A DNA stretch of 64,000 nt from Thermodesulfobacteriota bacterium (GTDB lineage Bacteria > Desulfobacterota > Desulfobulbia > Desulfobulbales > SURF-16): NCBI GenBank assembly GCA_039715015.1, contig JBDLIE010000003.1, forward strand, positions 59,201 to 123,200. The letters are read 5' to 3'. This document shows positions 38,966 through 49,617 of the stretch, in pieces. Within the stretch, counting starts at the first letter, position 1; each line of letters opens with the position of its first letter. The notes under the pieces are model-generated. The model made no database searches and was not told the origin of the DNA. It saw nothing but the letters and a program-made list of their open reading frames with translations. Made by a program: the position numbers and the translations under genes.

Positions 38966-40057
38966 GTGACCATCGTGATAACTCAGCTTGTTCTTGCTAT
39001 TTCCTGCGCCGTTTTGATATCTGCTCTCTGTTCCATTGTCGAGGCTGTTCTTTACTCGGTGCCCATGAGTCATATTGAAATATTGACCCAAAAAGGGCAA
39101 CGGTCTGGTGAAATCCTAAAAGATCTTAAAAAAGACATTAACCAACCCATTACAGCAATCCTTACCCTAAATACCGTTGCCCATACCATGGGGGCCGCCA
39201 TTGCCGGTGCTGCGGCTGCCACTGTCTTTGGTGCAGAAAGCATCACCTTTTTTTCCATTGTTTTCACCTTCATCATCCTCATACTCTCGGAGATTCTCCC
39301 GAAAACTGCTGGTGTCACCTACGCCAAGCCCCTTTCCTCCCTTATTGCCCGGCCCCTATCCTTGCTGGTGACCATTTTAAAACCTATCACCTTTGCCTGC
39401 CACGCCTTCACCATCCTTATTCCTGGTGCTAAAGACAGTGACCTCGTTTCTGCCGACGAAGTCCTAGCCATAACTGGCTTAAGCCGGAAATCCGGCGAGA
39501 TAGACCAGGAACAAGAAGGCGTTATTAAGAATATTATCGAACTTCGCAAGAAAACAGTACGGCAGGTCATGACACCGCGCACAGTGACCTTTACCCTTGA
39601 TACGGATCTTTCCATAAAGAGCGCCAGAAAAATGCGCGACAACTGGGAACTCCACAGCCGGGTTCCTGTTTACACAGAGAGCCCAGACAATATCATTGGT
39701 ATAGTCATGCGCAAAGATGTCCTGCTTCACGCTGTTGATGGGAATGAGCAGCAAAAACTAAAGCTACTCGTCAGTCCCATTCATTTTGTCCCGGAGACAG
39801 CCCGTTTAAATACGGTTTTGCTCGATTTTTTCGAATTACGCCAGCATCTCTTCTGTGTTGTGGATGAATATGGTGGTTTTACTGGCGTTATCTCTTTAGA
39901 GGACATTATTGAAGAGATTATGGGGATGGAAATCATGGATGAATCCGACCATGACAAGACCATGAGAGAAATGGCCAGAGATAAGTCTCAAGAGTTTATG
40001 TCTGACAAGATCCAAATGAGCCCTCAGGAAAAGGTTCCTGAGCCTAAAACAGAGTAA
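38966..40057 (+). CDS. CNNM/DUF21 plus CBS domain protein (CorB/hemolysin-like)
   Basis: CSIVEA, AILTLNT, SEILPK, MTPR, HSRVPV, VVDEYGG..LEDIIE. Confidence 0.88.
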   Translation: MTIVITQLVLAISCAVLISALCSIVEAVLYSVPMSHIEILTQKGQRSGEILKDLKKDINQPITAILTLNTVAHTMGAAIAGAAAATVFGAESITFFSIVFTFIILILSEILPKTAGVTYAKPLSSLIARPLSLLVTILKPITFACHAFTILIPGAKDSDLVSADEVLAITGLSRKSGEIDQEQEGVIKNIIELRKKTVRQVMTPRTVTFTLDTDLSIKSARKMRDNWELHSRVPVYTESPDNIIGIVMRKDVLLHAVDGNEQQKLKLLVSPIHFVPETARLNTVLLDFFELRQHLFCVVDEYGGFTGVISLEDIIEEIMGMEIMDESDHDKTMREMARDKSQEFMSDKIQMSPQEKVPEPKTE

Positions 40058-40091
40058 ATCGCTTTAAAAAAACATTAAAACCTTCTGCTCT

Positions 40092-41450
40092 CTAGAAAAT
40101 AAACCAGAGATAGATAATGAGCAGGAGGCTAATGAGCAGATTAACGCCGATAAAGCTCTTGATGGTGATATAGTCTTCGAACTCGACTATGGCAAAACGC
40201 CAAAGGATATAACCACCGGCAATGGCACCATTCAACATAAAAAAGGCAGAGAGAATATGAACCGGAAAAGCTGGGGTGGTAAATGCCAGGTTTTCAAGAT
40301 ACCCTAGGCCAAACTGCCTGCCAATGGTGGGCACAAAATCACCAACACCATCGGCAAAAAAGCTCATCCGGTAGACAAGTTCGCCTGTAAAGGCCAAGGG
40401 TATCAAAATTGGCACCATGGGCGACAGGTGGCCACAGATTGGATCCTTGGCCACTCCAAAAAGATTTGCCCCCACCTTGATCACCCAGAGAACCATCAAA
40501 GAACAGAATACCAACAGCAGACTAAAGACCAACGAATCCGGCAAGGTGGACATCTCCAGCCAGTGATGATAGGTGGGTTTTTCCCTTAGAAAACGGGCAA
40601 GCTGCGATCCCATCAGAAAAGGAACAATATAAGTACAGGTAATATACCTGCCTTGGTTCTTGATGAGTTCTATGTAAGGATTTCTTAGAATGAGCTGCGG
40701 CGAATCCCGGTCACACAAAGGCAAACAATGGCCGCAAACCAGGCAGTGGAGATTGTGGTTTACGGAAACCGCTCCCAGGTAGACAGGGCAACCAGTTTTA
40801 TCATCAATTCCCTTCTTGCAGGCGAAAGTCTTGCACCCCTTGCATTTTTTATGATCTGCCCGAAACTCTGTAATGGACATAGTGGCAGCAGCGCCTGTAA
40901 TGCGACCTAGTGGGCAGAGGTGGCGGCACCAAGCCTGGCCAGGGAACAGGATGGCAAGTAATGCTGAACCAAGGACAATGGAGAGGACCAGGTAGGATGT
41001 GCCGGCCGGCCATTTATTTAATCCGGCGACAATTTCCACCCAAATAATAAAGGCCAACAGAAAAACAGAGAGATAGACCCCGTATTTCTGCAAGAATTTT
41101 GGCACGGGCAGATTAAGGCTTAACCCTTTTTTCTGCAAGAACACACCTAACCCTGGGAATGGGCAGATTCCGCACCACATCCGGCCAACAAAGAACCAGG
41201 AAAGGACAATGGATGGCCAAAGCAGCCCCCAGGTTAAGAAAACGGCGAAGTTGCTGTTGGCCTCCTGTGGTCCCCAAAATCCGGAAATAACCACCAGAAC
41301 AAAGAGGACATCACCCAAGCTCCGTAATTGGGCATAATGGTGGCGCGTGGCAAGAAACCTACGAGTGGCCGGAAAAGCTCGAAACAGGTCGAGCCCTCCC
41401 CTGTCATCAAAGGCCATCAAGCTTTTTATTGCCTTTTTCCACCAATTCAT
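40092..41450 (-). CDS. Membrane-bound 4Fe-4S binding protein (NapH/MauN-like)
   Basis: GRMWCGICP and WCRHLCP motifs, CKGCKTFAC...CP and CLVCGHCLPLC; multiple TM helices. Confidence 0.8.
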   Translation of the reverse strand: MNWWKKAIKSLMAFDDRGGLDLFRAFPATRRFLATRHHYAQLRSLGDVLFVLVVISGFWGPQEANSNFAVFLTWGLLWPSIVLSWFFVGRMWCGICPFPGLGVFLQKKGLSLNLPVPKFLQKYGVYLSVFLLAFIIWVEIVAGLNKWPAGTSYLVLSIVLGSALLAILFPGQAWCRHLCPLGRITGAAATMSITEFRADHKKCKGCKTFACKKGIDDKTGCPVYLGAVSVNHNLHCLVCGHCLPLCDRDSPQLILRNPYIELIKNQGRYITCTYIVPFLMGSQLARFLREKPTYHHWLEMSTLPDSLVFSLLLVFCSLMVLWVIKVGANLFGVAKDPICGHLSPMVPILIPLAFTGELVYRMSFFADGVGDFVPTIGRQFGLGYLENLAFTTPAFPVHILSAFFMLNGAIAGGYILWRFAIVEFEDYITIKSFIGVNLLISLLLIIYLWFIF

Positions 41451-41457
41451 AGTCGTC

Positions 41458-42567
41458 TTAGCCCAAGGGCTCCAGAATTAAATCAACCTGAAATTCATCA
41501 TTTTCACGCACGATCTTCAGGCTGATAGTCTCACCAATCCGGTGCTGTTGAAGGGCAGATGCCAGGTCAGCAGATGAACCAATAGCAGTACCGTTAATAC
41601 CAATGATGATATCACCAAGGATAAGCTGACCACTGATCTGCCTGGTGCCTTGCAGCCCAGCCTGTTCTGCAGCTGAACCAGGCTGGATTTTTATAAGCAA
41701 TACTCCCTCAATACCTAGGCGCTGAGTTAGCTGATCATTAGCAATGGTCACACCCAGACCAGGCTTTAACAACTTGCCATACTTGATCAGATCAGGAACA
41801 ACCATGTTGACCTTATCAACCGGGACGGCAAAACCAATACCGGCACTCACCCCGGCAGGGCTGTAAATTGCCGTATTTACACCGATGAGGCGACCGGCAC
41901 TATCAAGCAGCGGCCCACCTGAATTTCCGGGATTAATCGCCGCATCGGTCTGAATCATGTCTGAAATAGTATCACCGGTAACAGCGGTTATTTCTCGGCC
42001 TAAAGCACTGACGATTCCAGAGGTAAGGGTATGATCAAGACCAAAGGGATTGCCAATGGCAAAAACCTTCTGGCCAACAAGGAGGTTCCCTGATTGGCCG
42101 AGGGGAATTGGCTGAAGCTTAGAAGCAGGTGCTGAAATCTTCAACACAGCCAAATCCTTATCTGGAGCAGCCCCCACCAGAACCGCTTTCCAGGTCGAAT
42201 TGTCTGCCAAGGTCACATGTACCCGGGAGGCATCTTCAATAACATGAAAATTGGTAACAATCATTCCGTCCTTGTTCCAGACAAAACCGGAACCTGTACC
42301 TTTGGGGATCTCATAGGCATTAAGGGTAAAAATGTTACGCCGTAACTCAATGGAGGTGATATAGACCACCGAAGGAGAGGTCTTCTGGAAGAGGTCTATG
42401 GCATTAATCTCCCCACCGGCAAGATCGCCACGGGCGGTTATGGCCCGGGGTTCAGCATCCTCATAAACCGGGAGGCGAAAAGGTTTTTCAAAAAAAAACC
42501 AGGCCACCACCAGCACTGCCATAAGCCATAAAAATGGTTTCAACGAAGGGGTAGAACGCAAAGACAT
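41458..42567 (-). CDS. HtrA/DegP-family trypsin-like serine protease with one PDZ domain
   Basis: GSGF, TNFHV, DLAVL, IGNPFG, QTDAAINPGNSGGPL. Confidence 0.92.
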   Translation of the reverse strand: MSLRSTPSLKPFLWLMAVLVVAWFFFEKPFRLPVYEDAEPRAITARGDLAGGEINAIDLFQKTSPSVVYITSIELRRNIFTLNAYEIPKGTGSGFVWNKDGMIVTNFHVIEDASRVHVTLADNSTWKAVLVGAAPDKDLAVLKISAPASKLQPIPLGQSGNLLVGQKVFAIGNPFGLDHTLTSGIVSALGREITAVTGDTISDMIQTDAAINPGNSGGPLLDSAGRLIGVNTAIYSPAGVSAGIGFAVPVDKVNMVVPDLIKYGKLLKPGLGVTIANDQLTQRLGIEGVLLIKIQPGSAAEQAGLQGTRQISGQLILGDIIIGINGTAIGSSADLASALQQHRIGETISLKIVRENDEFQVDLILEPLG

Positions 42568-42600
42568 ATCAGAATTTACCCAGTGAACTCAGGGTGTCAC

Positions 42601-43986
42601 CTAAAGATTCAAGAAAAATTTAGCAATAAGAAAATAGGCTGAAACGCCTATAATATCGATGGCTGTGGTAACAAAGGGACCTGTAGCCACAGCCGCATCA
42701 ATATCAAGACGTTTAAGCACCAGGGGAACAAAGGTTCCCACAGTGGCAGCCAGTGTCATGGCAAAGAGAACGGAAAGGCCAACAACAAGGCCCAATTGAC
42801 CGCTGTCGGCAAAGCTGAAAAAGGCGACGCTGCCAAGCAACAAGCCATATAATCCACCAAGCAGCACACCCACCCGCATCTCTTTAAAAACGACCTTGGA
42901 TAGCTCATTAAGATTTATGCGGCCTGTGGCAATACCCCGGACGACAATGGTGCTTGATTGGGTACCGATATTGCCACCCATACCCATTACAATTGGGATA
43001 AAACCAGCCAGGGCCAGAACCTGCTGCAATTCACTTTCAAAGAAATTAATAATAAAAACTGCCATAAGGCCACCGATCCAACTGGCAAAGAGCCAAGGGG
43101 CCCTGGTAACCGCCGTATCCAGGGTGGACTTGAGAAGAATCTCCCGGTCTTTACCAGCACCAGCAAGTTGGAGAAAGTCCTCGGTTACCTCTTCACGGAT
43201 AACGTCGATAATATCGTCAACCGTAATGATACCAACCAGTTTGTATGCGGAGTCAACAACTGGTACAGCCAAGATGTTATACTGGGAAACAATGTGGGCG
43301 ACCTCCTCCTGATCTGTATCAGTGGAAACCGCAATCACATTGGTATTCATAATATTTTTCAGCTGCCGGTAGGGCTTTTGGGTAAGGAGTTCCCGCAGGG
43401 AGAGAACACCGGCAAGCTGGCCATCGTCGCCGTGAGTGATGTAGAGATAGAAGGCCATCTCCATCTCTTCGCTATTTTCCTGCACCCATTTAATGGCCTC
43501 ATCGACACTGAGTTCATCATCGAGGGAAAGAAAATCCGGTGACATTCGGCCACCAGCGGTATCAGAACCATACTGCAGGAGTTCTTCAACCTCTTCCCGG
43601 TCTTCCCGTCCCATAAGTTTCCTAATCTGGGAGGCAAAATCATCAGGGAGATATTCGAGAAAATCAGCAGCGTCATCCGGGGGCATTCCCTCAACAACCC
43701 TTGCAAGATACAGGGGGGTAAGGTTGACGACAAGCTCCTGCATGATGGTACGATCAAGCTCACTAAGGAACTCCCCCATCTGGGAAGTCTGGGAAACTAC
43801 ACTGAAAACATGACTTCTTTCGTGAGGAGTGAGATGGCGAAAAACCCAGGCAGTATCAGCAGGGTGGGTCTTTTCAACTAATTTAAGAAGACGATCTTTG
43901 GCATGGCGCCTGTTAAGGCGGCGGATGGTATCAAGGAGAACCATCCCCTCATTACCTATCATTTCTGTTTTGCGTATACTATTCAT
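42601..43986 (-). CDS. mgtE: Magnesium transporter MgtE
   Basis: N-domain, CBS pair, RAPWL, GMGGNIGTQ, GPFVTTAID. Confidence 0.93.
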   Translation of the reverse strand: MNSIRKTEMIGNEGMVLLDTIRRLNRRHAKDRLLKLVEKTHPADTAWVFRHLTPHERSHVFSVVSQTSQMGEFLSELDRTIMQELVVNLTPLYLARVVEGMPPDDAADFLEYLPDDFASQIRKLMGREDREEVEELLQYGSDTAGGRMSPDFLSLDDELSVDEAIKWVQENSEEMEMAFYLYITHGDDGQLAGVLSLRELLTQKPYRQLKNIMNTNVIAVSTDTDQEEVAHIVSQYNILAVPVVDSAYKLVGIITVDDIIDVIREEVTEDFLQLAGAGKDREILLKSTLDTAVTRAPWLFASWIGGLMAVFIINFFESELQQVLALAGFIPIVMGMGGNIGTQSSTIVVRGIATGRINLNELSKVVFKEMRVGVLLGGLYGLLLGSVAFFSFADSGQLGLVVGLSVLFAMTLAATVGTFVPLVLKRLDIDAAVATGPFVTTAIDIIGVSAYFLIAKFFLNL

Positions 43987-44031
43987 TGCAGCCAGGCATC
44001 GTTATATTCTTGGGATTTGAGGGAACTAAGT

Positions 44032-44061
44032 AATATAGCGGCAAATATCTCATCAAGTCAA
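44032..44061 (-). promoter_or_regulatory. Candidate sigma70 promoter for mgtE-htrA-4Fe4S genes
   Basis: Minus strand TTGACT-18 nt-TATATT upstream of mgtE. Confidence 0.4.
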
Positions 44062-44118
44062 TGAAATACCCATCACTTCCAAGAAATTACCATCCATCAT
44101 CTTGGTGGAACAAGAACG

Positions 44119-44469
44119 CTATTTATCGGAATGCAACCATTGCTTAACAAGATCGCCACCCTTGTCAGGATCGGATGAGGCAAGTTTGGCTATTTTTTGG
44201 TCATCAGTTATGAAGTCGGGGATATCGTCATCAGGATCAATAGTAAGATCTTCAAAATTAACTATCTCATTGAGTTCCATGGCAGCATCAGTGCTCATTT
44301 TTTTTTCATCCACCATCTTTTTTGACTCGATTCTCTCCGGATCAAAAATATAAGCAAAAAAAGGGCGCACAAAGAGGAAGAAAAAAAGAAAGAGTAAAAG
44401 GCCATAGGTGAGGGGCGGAACAAGCCATTCAACAAGACGAATAATTTGACTGGTAATATTTTCAGACAT
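44119..44469 (-). CDS. Small single-TM protein resembling the FliF C-terminal region
   Basis: TM ending FVRPFF, acidic linker, C-terminal IAKLASSDPDKGGDLVKQWL. Confidence 0.6.
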   Translation of the reverse strand: MSENITSQIIRLVEWLVPPLTYGLLLFLFFFLFVRPFFAYIFDPERIESKKMVDEKKMSTDAAMELNEIVNFEDLTIDPDDDIPDFITDDQKIAKLASSDPDKGGDLVKQWLHSDK

Positions 44470-44598
44470 GAATCGTTGTTTTTTTTGTTAACAGGGAAAT
44501 CTTTCCAGATTTAAAGTATATATAATTGAAACAAAGCAGGGAACTTGAGATTTTTTTTAAAGCGAGATACCGTTTAGTTAATTTAAGAGTAGAAAATT

Positions 44599-45642
44599 AT
44601 GAACGCAAGTGACATCTTCAACTATTATTCCATGATCAGTGACCATATCTGGGCCCAGATTCTCGTTACTGTCTCCATGTACATTTTTGCCACCATTCTA
44701 ATCGAACTCTTTATGAGTAAAGTAGTTCGAAATCTTTCTGCCAATACGGCCACGAAAATCGACGACCATATTATAGATGCCTTACATAGCCCGGTCTATC
44801 AGACAGTATTGCTTGTTGGCATAATCCACATCGTCTCGCTTGCTGATTTTACCCCCCCTATCTCAAACACTCTTATTAAGCTTTGCCAGAGCTTTATTAT
44901 ACTATTGTGGCTTCGCGCCTTCATTAAAATTACTAATTTTTTAGGTAAAACGCTGACTTCATGGCGAGACAGATTGGGGCCAGACCTGCTTAACCTGATC
45001 AATAAGGTAATTTTTCTCGTGCTGGTTTTCCTGATGCTGGCCAGCTTGTTTTGGCTCTGGGATATTGACCTTACTCCCATTTTTGCCTCAGCAGGTGTTG
45101 CTGGTATCGCAATCGCCCTTGCCGCCAAAGACACCCTGGCAAACTTCTTTGGCGGCATCAGTATCTTCCTGGATAAGGTGTATCGTGTTGGTGATTACGT
45201 CATCATTGATAATAAGGAAAGAGGTGAAGTGGTTGAGATTGGCATCCGCTCTACGAGAGTAATTACCCGGGATGATGTCTTGATCAACATCCCCAACTCG
45301 ATTATGGCCGCCTCAAAAATTATTAATGAGAGTGCCCCCTACCCCCAATATCGCATTAAAATCCCTGTGGGAGTTGCATACGGCACTGACCTGGACTACG
45401 CAGAAGGTGTTTTGCTCGATATCGCCGCAAATGATGAGAAGATTGTCAGCCAGCCCTTTCCTAGGGTTCGAATCCGCACTCTGGCGGATTCATCGGTAAA
45501 CCTCGAATTACTTGTATGGGTCAAAGACCCTCGTGATCGGGGTATTCAAACCCATCTCTTTCTTAAAAAAATCCACAAAAAATTTGCTGAGGAGAATATT
45601 CTAATTCCTTTTCCACAACTGGATGTCCATCTCGACAAATAA
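44599..45642 (+). CDS. MscS-family mechanosensitive channel
   Basis: AGVAGIAIALAAKDTLANFFGG, GEVVEIGIRST, IPNS, VGVAYG, IPFPQ. Confidence 0.92.
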   Translation: MNASDIFNYYSMISDHIWAQILVTVSMYIFATILIELFMSKVVRNLSANTATKIDDHIIDALHSPVYQTVLLVGIIHIVSLADFTPPISNTLIKLCQSFIILLWLRAFIKITNFLGKTLTSWRDRLGPDLLNLINKVIFLVLVFLMLASLFWLWDIDLTPIFASAGVAGIAIALAAKDTLANFFGGISIFLDKVYRVGDYVIIDNKERGEVVEIGIRSTRVITRDDVLINIPNSIMAASKIINESAPYPQYRIKIPVGVAYGTDLDYAEGVLLDIAANDEKIVSQPFPRVRIRTLADSSVNLELLVWVKDPRDRGIQTHLFLKKIHKKFAEENILIPFPQLDVHLDK

Positions 45643-45812
45643 AAAAAAATATTATTTATAATCTCAAAATGTTGCCTTTGGTTCACTGCTAACTGAAAAA
45701 AATTTCTTGTCCTGAGATATTCTTTTTGCGCACAATGAAGTTGAGAAAGGTGTGTTTTTTTATCCCGACTTATCTGTTTCTGGATCGAAGGAGTGTGTCT
45801 GCGGGGTGTCCA

Positions 45813-46217
45813 ATGTCTTTTGTTTCACCAGTTCGAGATACATATTGGAGGGGGATCGGATTTTTTATCTGCCTGTGCCTTTGGCCTCAAACTGTAACAG
45901 CCGATGACTCTTCCCTCTTAAGCAAGATTTCCCCTCTTATTGCCATCAACAACAACGCATCGGTTTTAGAACTCCATCCTTCGCTCATAAATAAAGGAGA
46001 AGCCTTTTCACCTATCTTATCTCAGGTGAGAAATTATCCCCCCTCTGTTAAAAACAGCATGAGTGACCAAGATCTTTTCTCTATGGCCCTGGGGGCTCGT
46101 TTCCAGATTAGTGAATGGCTTGGTGTCGGTGCTGCCTGTACCGTACCTTTTACTTTAGAGGAGACGGCGGGGAAAGAAGATCTGTCCATAGAGGCTATGG
46201 TCACCATGCAATTCTAA
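45813..46217 (+). CDS. Hypothetical exported protein with beta-barrel-like C-terminus
   Basis: Signal-like N-terminus; amphipathic strands and terminal Phe (IEAMVTMQF); start uncertain. Confidence 0.5.
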   Translation: MSFVSPVRDTYWRGIGFFICLCLWPQTVTADDSSLLSKISPLIAINNNASVLELHPSLINKGEAFSPILSQVRNYPPSVKNSMSDQDLFSMALGARFQISEWLGVGAACTVPFTLEETAGKEDLSIEAMVTMQF

Positions 46218-46319
46218 TTATTTTTTCCTTACTAGCTCATAACAAAGCCGGTGAGGGGAAACAAATCTATAACGTTAAGTGTGTTGCTTCCCCTTACAGC
46301 TAAAAAAAACTACTCCAAT

Positions 46320-46359
46320 CAAAATGGCCTTTTCGATATTTGTCGAAAAGGCCATTTTG
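46320..46359. terminator. Rho-independent terminator (perfect inverted repeat)
   Basis: CAAAATGGCCTTTTCGA-tatttg-TCGAAAAGGCCATTTTG. Confidence 0.7.
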
Positions 46360-46449
46360 TATTAATCTCTTTTTTATGTATAGTAACAAGCAGTTAACCT
46401 ATTTCAAAAAGATAATCACATTAAAATTCTTCTCTTTCCGTGTACATTT

Positions 46450-47745
46450 ATGGACATCCAACACGATGTTAGTCACACCTACAGGCAGACAGTAAATATT
46501 TTCCGCAGCACAATCAAGGATCCTTTCTTTTCAAAGATTCTTGTCCATGCTGCTGCCCTCTCTTTTAAATCGACCCTATCGCTGGTGCCCATCCTCGCCT
46601 TGGTATTTTCTGTGGGTAAAGGTTTTGGCGTCCAGGAAATCATAGAACCCATCATCATGAAGCATTTTGTGGGGGGAGGTGTTGCCAACGATATCTTTCC
46701 CCAGGTCCTCAAATATGTTGAAAACACCAATGTCAAGGCCCTTGGCACCATTGGCCTGCTCTTTATTCTGTACACTGCCATTTCTATGGTCAGTGATGTG
46801 GAGGAGGCCTTCAATCTGATCTGGAGCGTTAAACGGGCCCGCTCCCTCTATCGCAAATTCACTGATTATCTCTCTGTACTGGCCATTGGCCCCTTGTTTC
46901 TAGGTGTTATGCTCAGTGTTTCACCACTGTTAAGCAGTCATACAATCACTCAAAAATTGATGGAGTATGGCCTTTTTGCCGGAGCCTTTGGTTTTTTTCT
47001 CAAAGCTATTCCCTGGCTGGCTTCCATATTTGTCATCACCCTCCTCTATCTCTTTATCCCTAACACCAAAGTAAAGTTGCAGTCTGCCCTTGTTGCCGGG
47101 ATTATCGGAGGCCTCATCTGGCAATTCAACCAGATTCTTTTTATAAAATTCCAAATTGGCGTGTCACGATATAATGCAATTTACGGCACTTTTGCCACGG
47201 TACCCATTCTCCTGCTTTGGCTGCAAGCTGGTTGGGTGATTATACTTGCCGGGGCAATTCTCTCCAACGCCTGTCAAAACAGAAGTACAACCCAGAATTT
47301 TAGTATTGAAAGCATGCCGTACGGAGAAAGGGAAAAGCTGCTGCTCCTCATCTTGACTCAGATTTGTCAGCGGTATGATGAAGGCAATGGAGAAAGCGGC
47401 ATTGATCAGCTTTCATCGGAGCTTATGCTCCCAGAGGAGATGATCAGAGCGGCCTGCGATATCCTTATTGAGAAACACTATCTAGTAAGAATGGAAAAAG
47501 AAGACGGCATGCCTGCCTTTATGCCTGAAAAACCGCCAGAGGCCATTGGCTTGGCAGATTTCTTCATTAACCTGAAGAAATCTCAGCAGGATGTTCTGTT
47601 TTTTGACAAAGAGATTCTGACCGAGGATTTGAGGGCGACCCTGGATGCTCGCAATGAGGCGATTATTGAGAAATTCAACCAGGACTCCATTGTCTCGCTC
47701 TACAAGCAAAAAGAAGTTTCACCAGAAGCGCCAGAAAAGCCTTAA
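46450..47745 (+). CDS. YihY/BrkB family membrane protein with C-terminal extension
   Basis: AAALSF..LSLVP, EEAFNLIW, LYLFIPN, YNAIYGTFATVP. Confidence 0.88.
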   Translation: MDIQHDVSHTYRQTVNIFRSTIKDPFFSKILVHAAALSFKSTLSLVPILALVFSVGKGFGVQEIIEPIIMKHFVGGGVANDIFPQVLKYVENTNVKALGTIGLLFILYTAISMVSDVEEAFNLIWSVKRARSLYRKFTDYLSVLAIGPLFLGVMLSVSPLLSSHTITQKLMEYGLFAGAFGFFLKAIPWLASIFVITLLYLFIPNTKVKLQSALVAGIIGGLIWQFNQILFIKFQIGVSRYNAIYGTFATVPILLLWLQAGWVIILAGAILSNACQNRSTTQNFSIESMPYGEREKLLLLILTQICQRYDEGNGESGIDQLSSELMLPEEMIRAACDILIEKHYLVRMEKEDGMPAFMPEKPPEAIGLADFFINLKKSQQDVLFFDKEILTEDLRATLDARNEAIIEKFNQDSIVSLYKQKEVSPEAPEKP

Positions 47746-47778
47746 GAGTAAAATGAGCCTATGGAGCCGTACGCTGGC

Positions 47779-49569
47779 TTACGGTTTCCACTTTCCATCT
47801 CCCCTTTTGCGGAGACGAATGGCGATGGGGGTTACCTCAACAAGCTCATCATCGTTAATATAGGCGATACAATCCTCTAAGCTCATCTCGATGTGGGGGG
47901 TGAGGACCACTGCTTCATCAGTGCCTGAAGCCCTAACATTGGAGAGTTTCTTGCCTTTGGCGGGATTGACCACCATATCAGCTGGTCTGGAATTCTCGCC
48001 AACGATCTGACCGCCATAAACATCAACAGCCGGACCGATAAAAAGTTTGCCTCGGTCCTGGAGGTTACACAGGGCATAAGCCACCGTGGTTGCCTTTTCC
48101 TTGACGATGAGTACACCATTTGTCCGGTTGACAATTTCACCTGCATAAGGGCCATACTCTGAAAAAACATAGTTCATGATCCCCATCCCCTTAGTATCTG
48201 TCATAAACTGTGAACGAAAGCCGAGGAGTCCACGGGTGGGAATTTTATAGACCAGCTTGACCATACCGTTTTCTGTGGCCATCTCAAGCATCTGCCCCTT
48301 CAATTTACCCAGCTTTTCGATAACCGGCCCCTGGTACAACTCATCAACGTTAATGGTCAGCTCTTCGTAGGGTTCCAGCTTCTGACCATCCTCCTCCTTG
48401 AAGATAACCTGGGGTCGCGTAACCTGGAGCTCAAAGCCTTCCCTCCTCATATTTTCTATCAAGATGGAAAGATGCAGCTCGCCACGGCCAGAGACCTTGT
48501 AACCCACGCCATCGGTGAGGGGCTCGGCGACCAGGGCGACATCGGAAAGCATCTCCCGGCGTAAGCGCTCCTCGATGTGACGGGAGGTAACAAACTTACC
48601 TTCAAGGCCGGCAAAAGGAGAATCATTGGGAATGAAATTCATGGAGATGGTGGGAGGATCAATCTCAATGAGGGGTAAAGGTCTCGGATCTTGCGAATCA
48701 GTAAAGGTGACGCCCACTGTGACATCATCCATACCGGCAACGGCAACAACCTCACCTACTCCGGCCTCCTCTACACTGACTTTTTCGTTACATTCAAAAC
48801 GGAAAATCTTAGAGATACGGATTGGCTTAATTGAACCATCACGCCGGGCCACGGCAATATCCTTGTTGATTTTCAAGGTTCCATTAACCACCTTGCCAAT
48901 ACCCAGACGTCCCATATAGGGAGAATAGTCTATGGAATTAACCTGCATTTGCAAGGGAGCGTCGGTCGAACCCGCTGGCGGTGGAATATGTTTGGTAATC
49001 ATCTCGGAGATGGGTTCCATATTCATGTTGTCGTCATCGGCCTCAAAGCGGGCATAGCCTGACTTAGCTGAGGCATAGACAACCGGGAAGTCAAGTAACT
49101 CGTCAGGGGCCTCAAGTTTAACAAAGAGGTCAAAGACCTGGTCAACCACCCAATCGCAGCGCGAGGCAGGTTTGTCAATCTTATTAATGCAGACAATCAC
49201 CGGCAGATTATTAGCCAGGGCCTTTTTTAAGACAAAAAAGGTCTGGGGCATGGGACCTTCCTGGGCATCCACCAGAAGAAGGCAGCCGTCTGCCATACGC
49301 AGTACACGTTCTACCTGGCCGCCAAAATCGGCATGGCCGGGGGTATCGATAATGTTAATGAGGTAATCATTATACTCGTAAGAACCGTTTTTCGAGGTAA
49401 TGGTAATGCCACGCTCCCTCTCAATATCGCCGGAATCCATAAGGCGTTCCGCAACCTCTTGGTTCTCGCGAAACATGCCGGACTGCTCAAAGAGCTGATC
49501 AACCAGGGTTGTTTTGCCATGGTCGACATGGGCTATAATAGCGACATTTCTAAGCTTTTCTGTATTCAT
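47779..49569 (-). CDS. typA: Translational GTPase TypA/BipA
   Basis: [45 protein letters not shown]. Confidence 0.97.
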   Translation of the reverse strand: MNTEKLRNVAIIAHVDHGKTTLVDQLFEQSGMFRENQEVAERLMDSGDIERERGITITSKNGSYEYNDYLINIIDTPGHADFGGQVERVLRMADGCLLLVDAQEGPMPQTFFVLKKALANNLPVIVCINKIDKPASRCDWVVDQVFDLFVKLEAPDELLDFPVVYASAKSGYARFEADDDNMNMEPISEMITKHIPPPAGSTDAPLQMQVNSIDYSPYMGRLGIGKVVNGTLKINKDIAVARRDGSIKPIRISKIFRFECNEKVSVEEAGVGEVVAVAGMDDVTVGVTFTDSQDPRPLPLIEIDPPTISMNFIPNDSPFAGLEGKFVTSRHIEERLRREMLSDVALVAEPLTDGVGYKVSGRGELHLSILIENMRREGFELQVTRPQVIFKEEDGQKLEPYEELTINVDELYQGPVIEKLGKLKGQMLEMATENGMVKLVYKIPTRGLLGFRSQFMTDTKGMGIMNYVFSEYGPYAGEIVNRTNGVLIVKEKATTVAYALCNLQDRGKLFIGPAVDVYGGQIVGENSRPADMVVNPAKGKKLSNVRASGTDEAVVLTPHIEMSLEDCIAYINDDELVEVTPIAIRLRKRGDGKWKP

Positions 49570-49617
49570 AGTATAAAAAGAGTGATGCAGCCCTGATCAG
49601 GCTGACAGAGATGGTTC

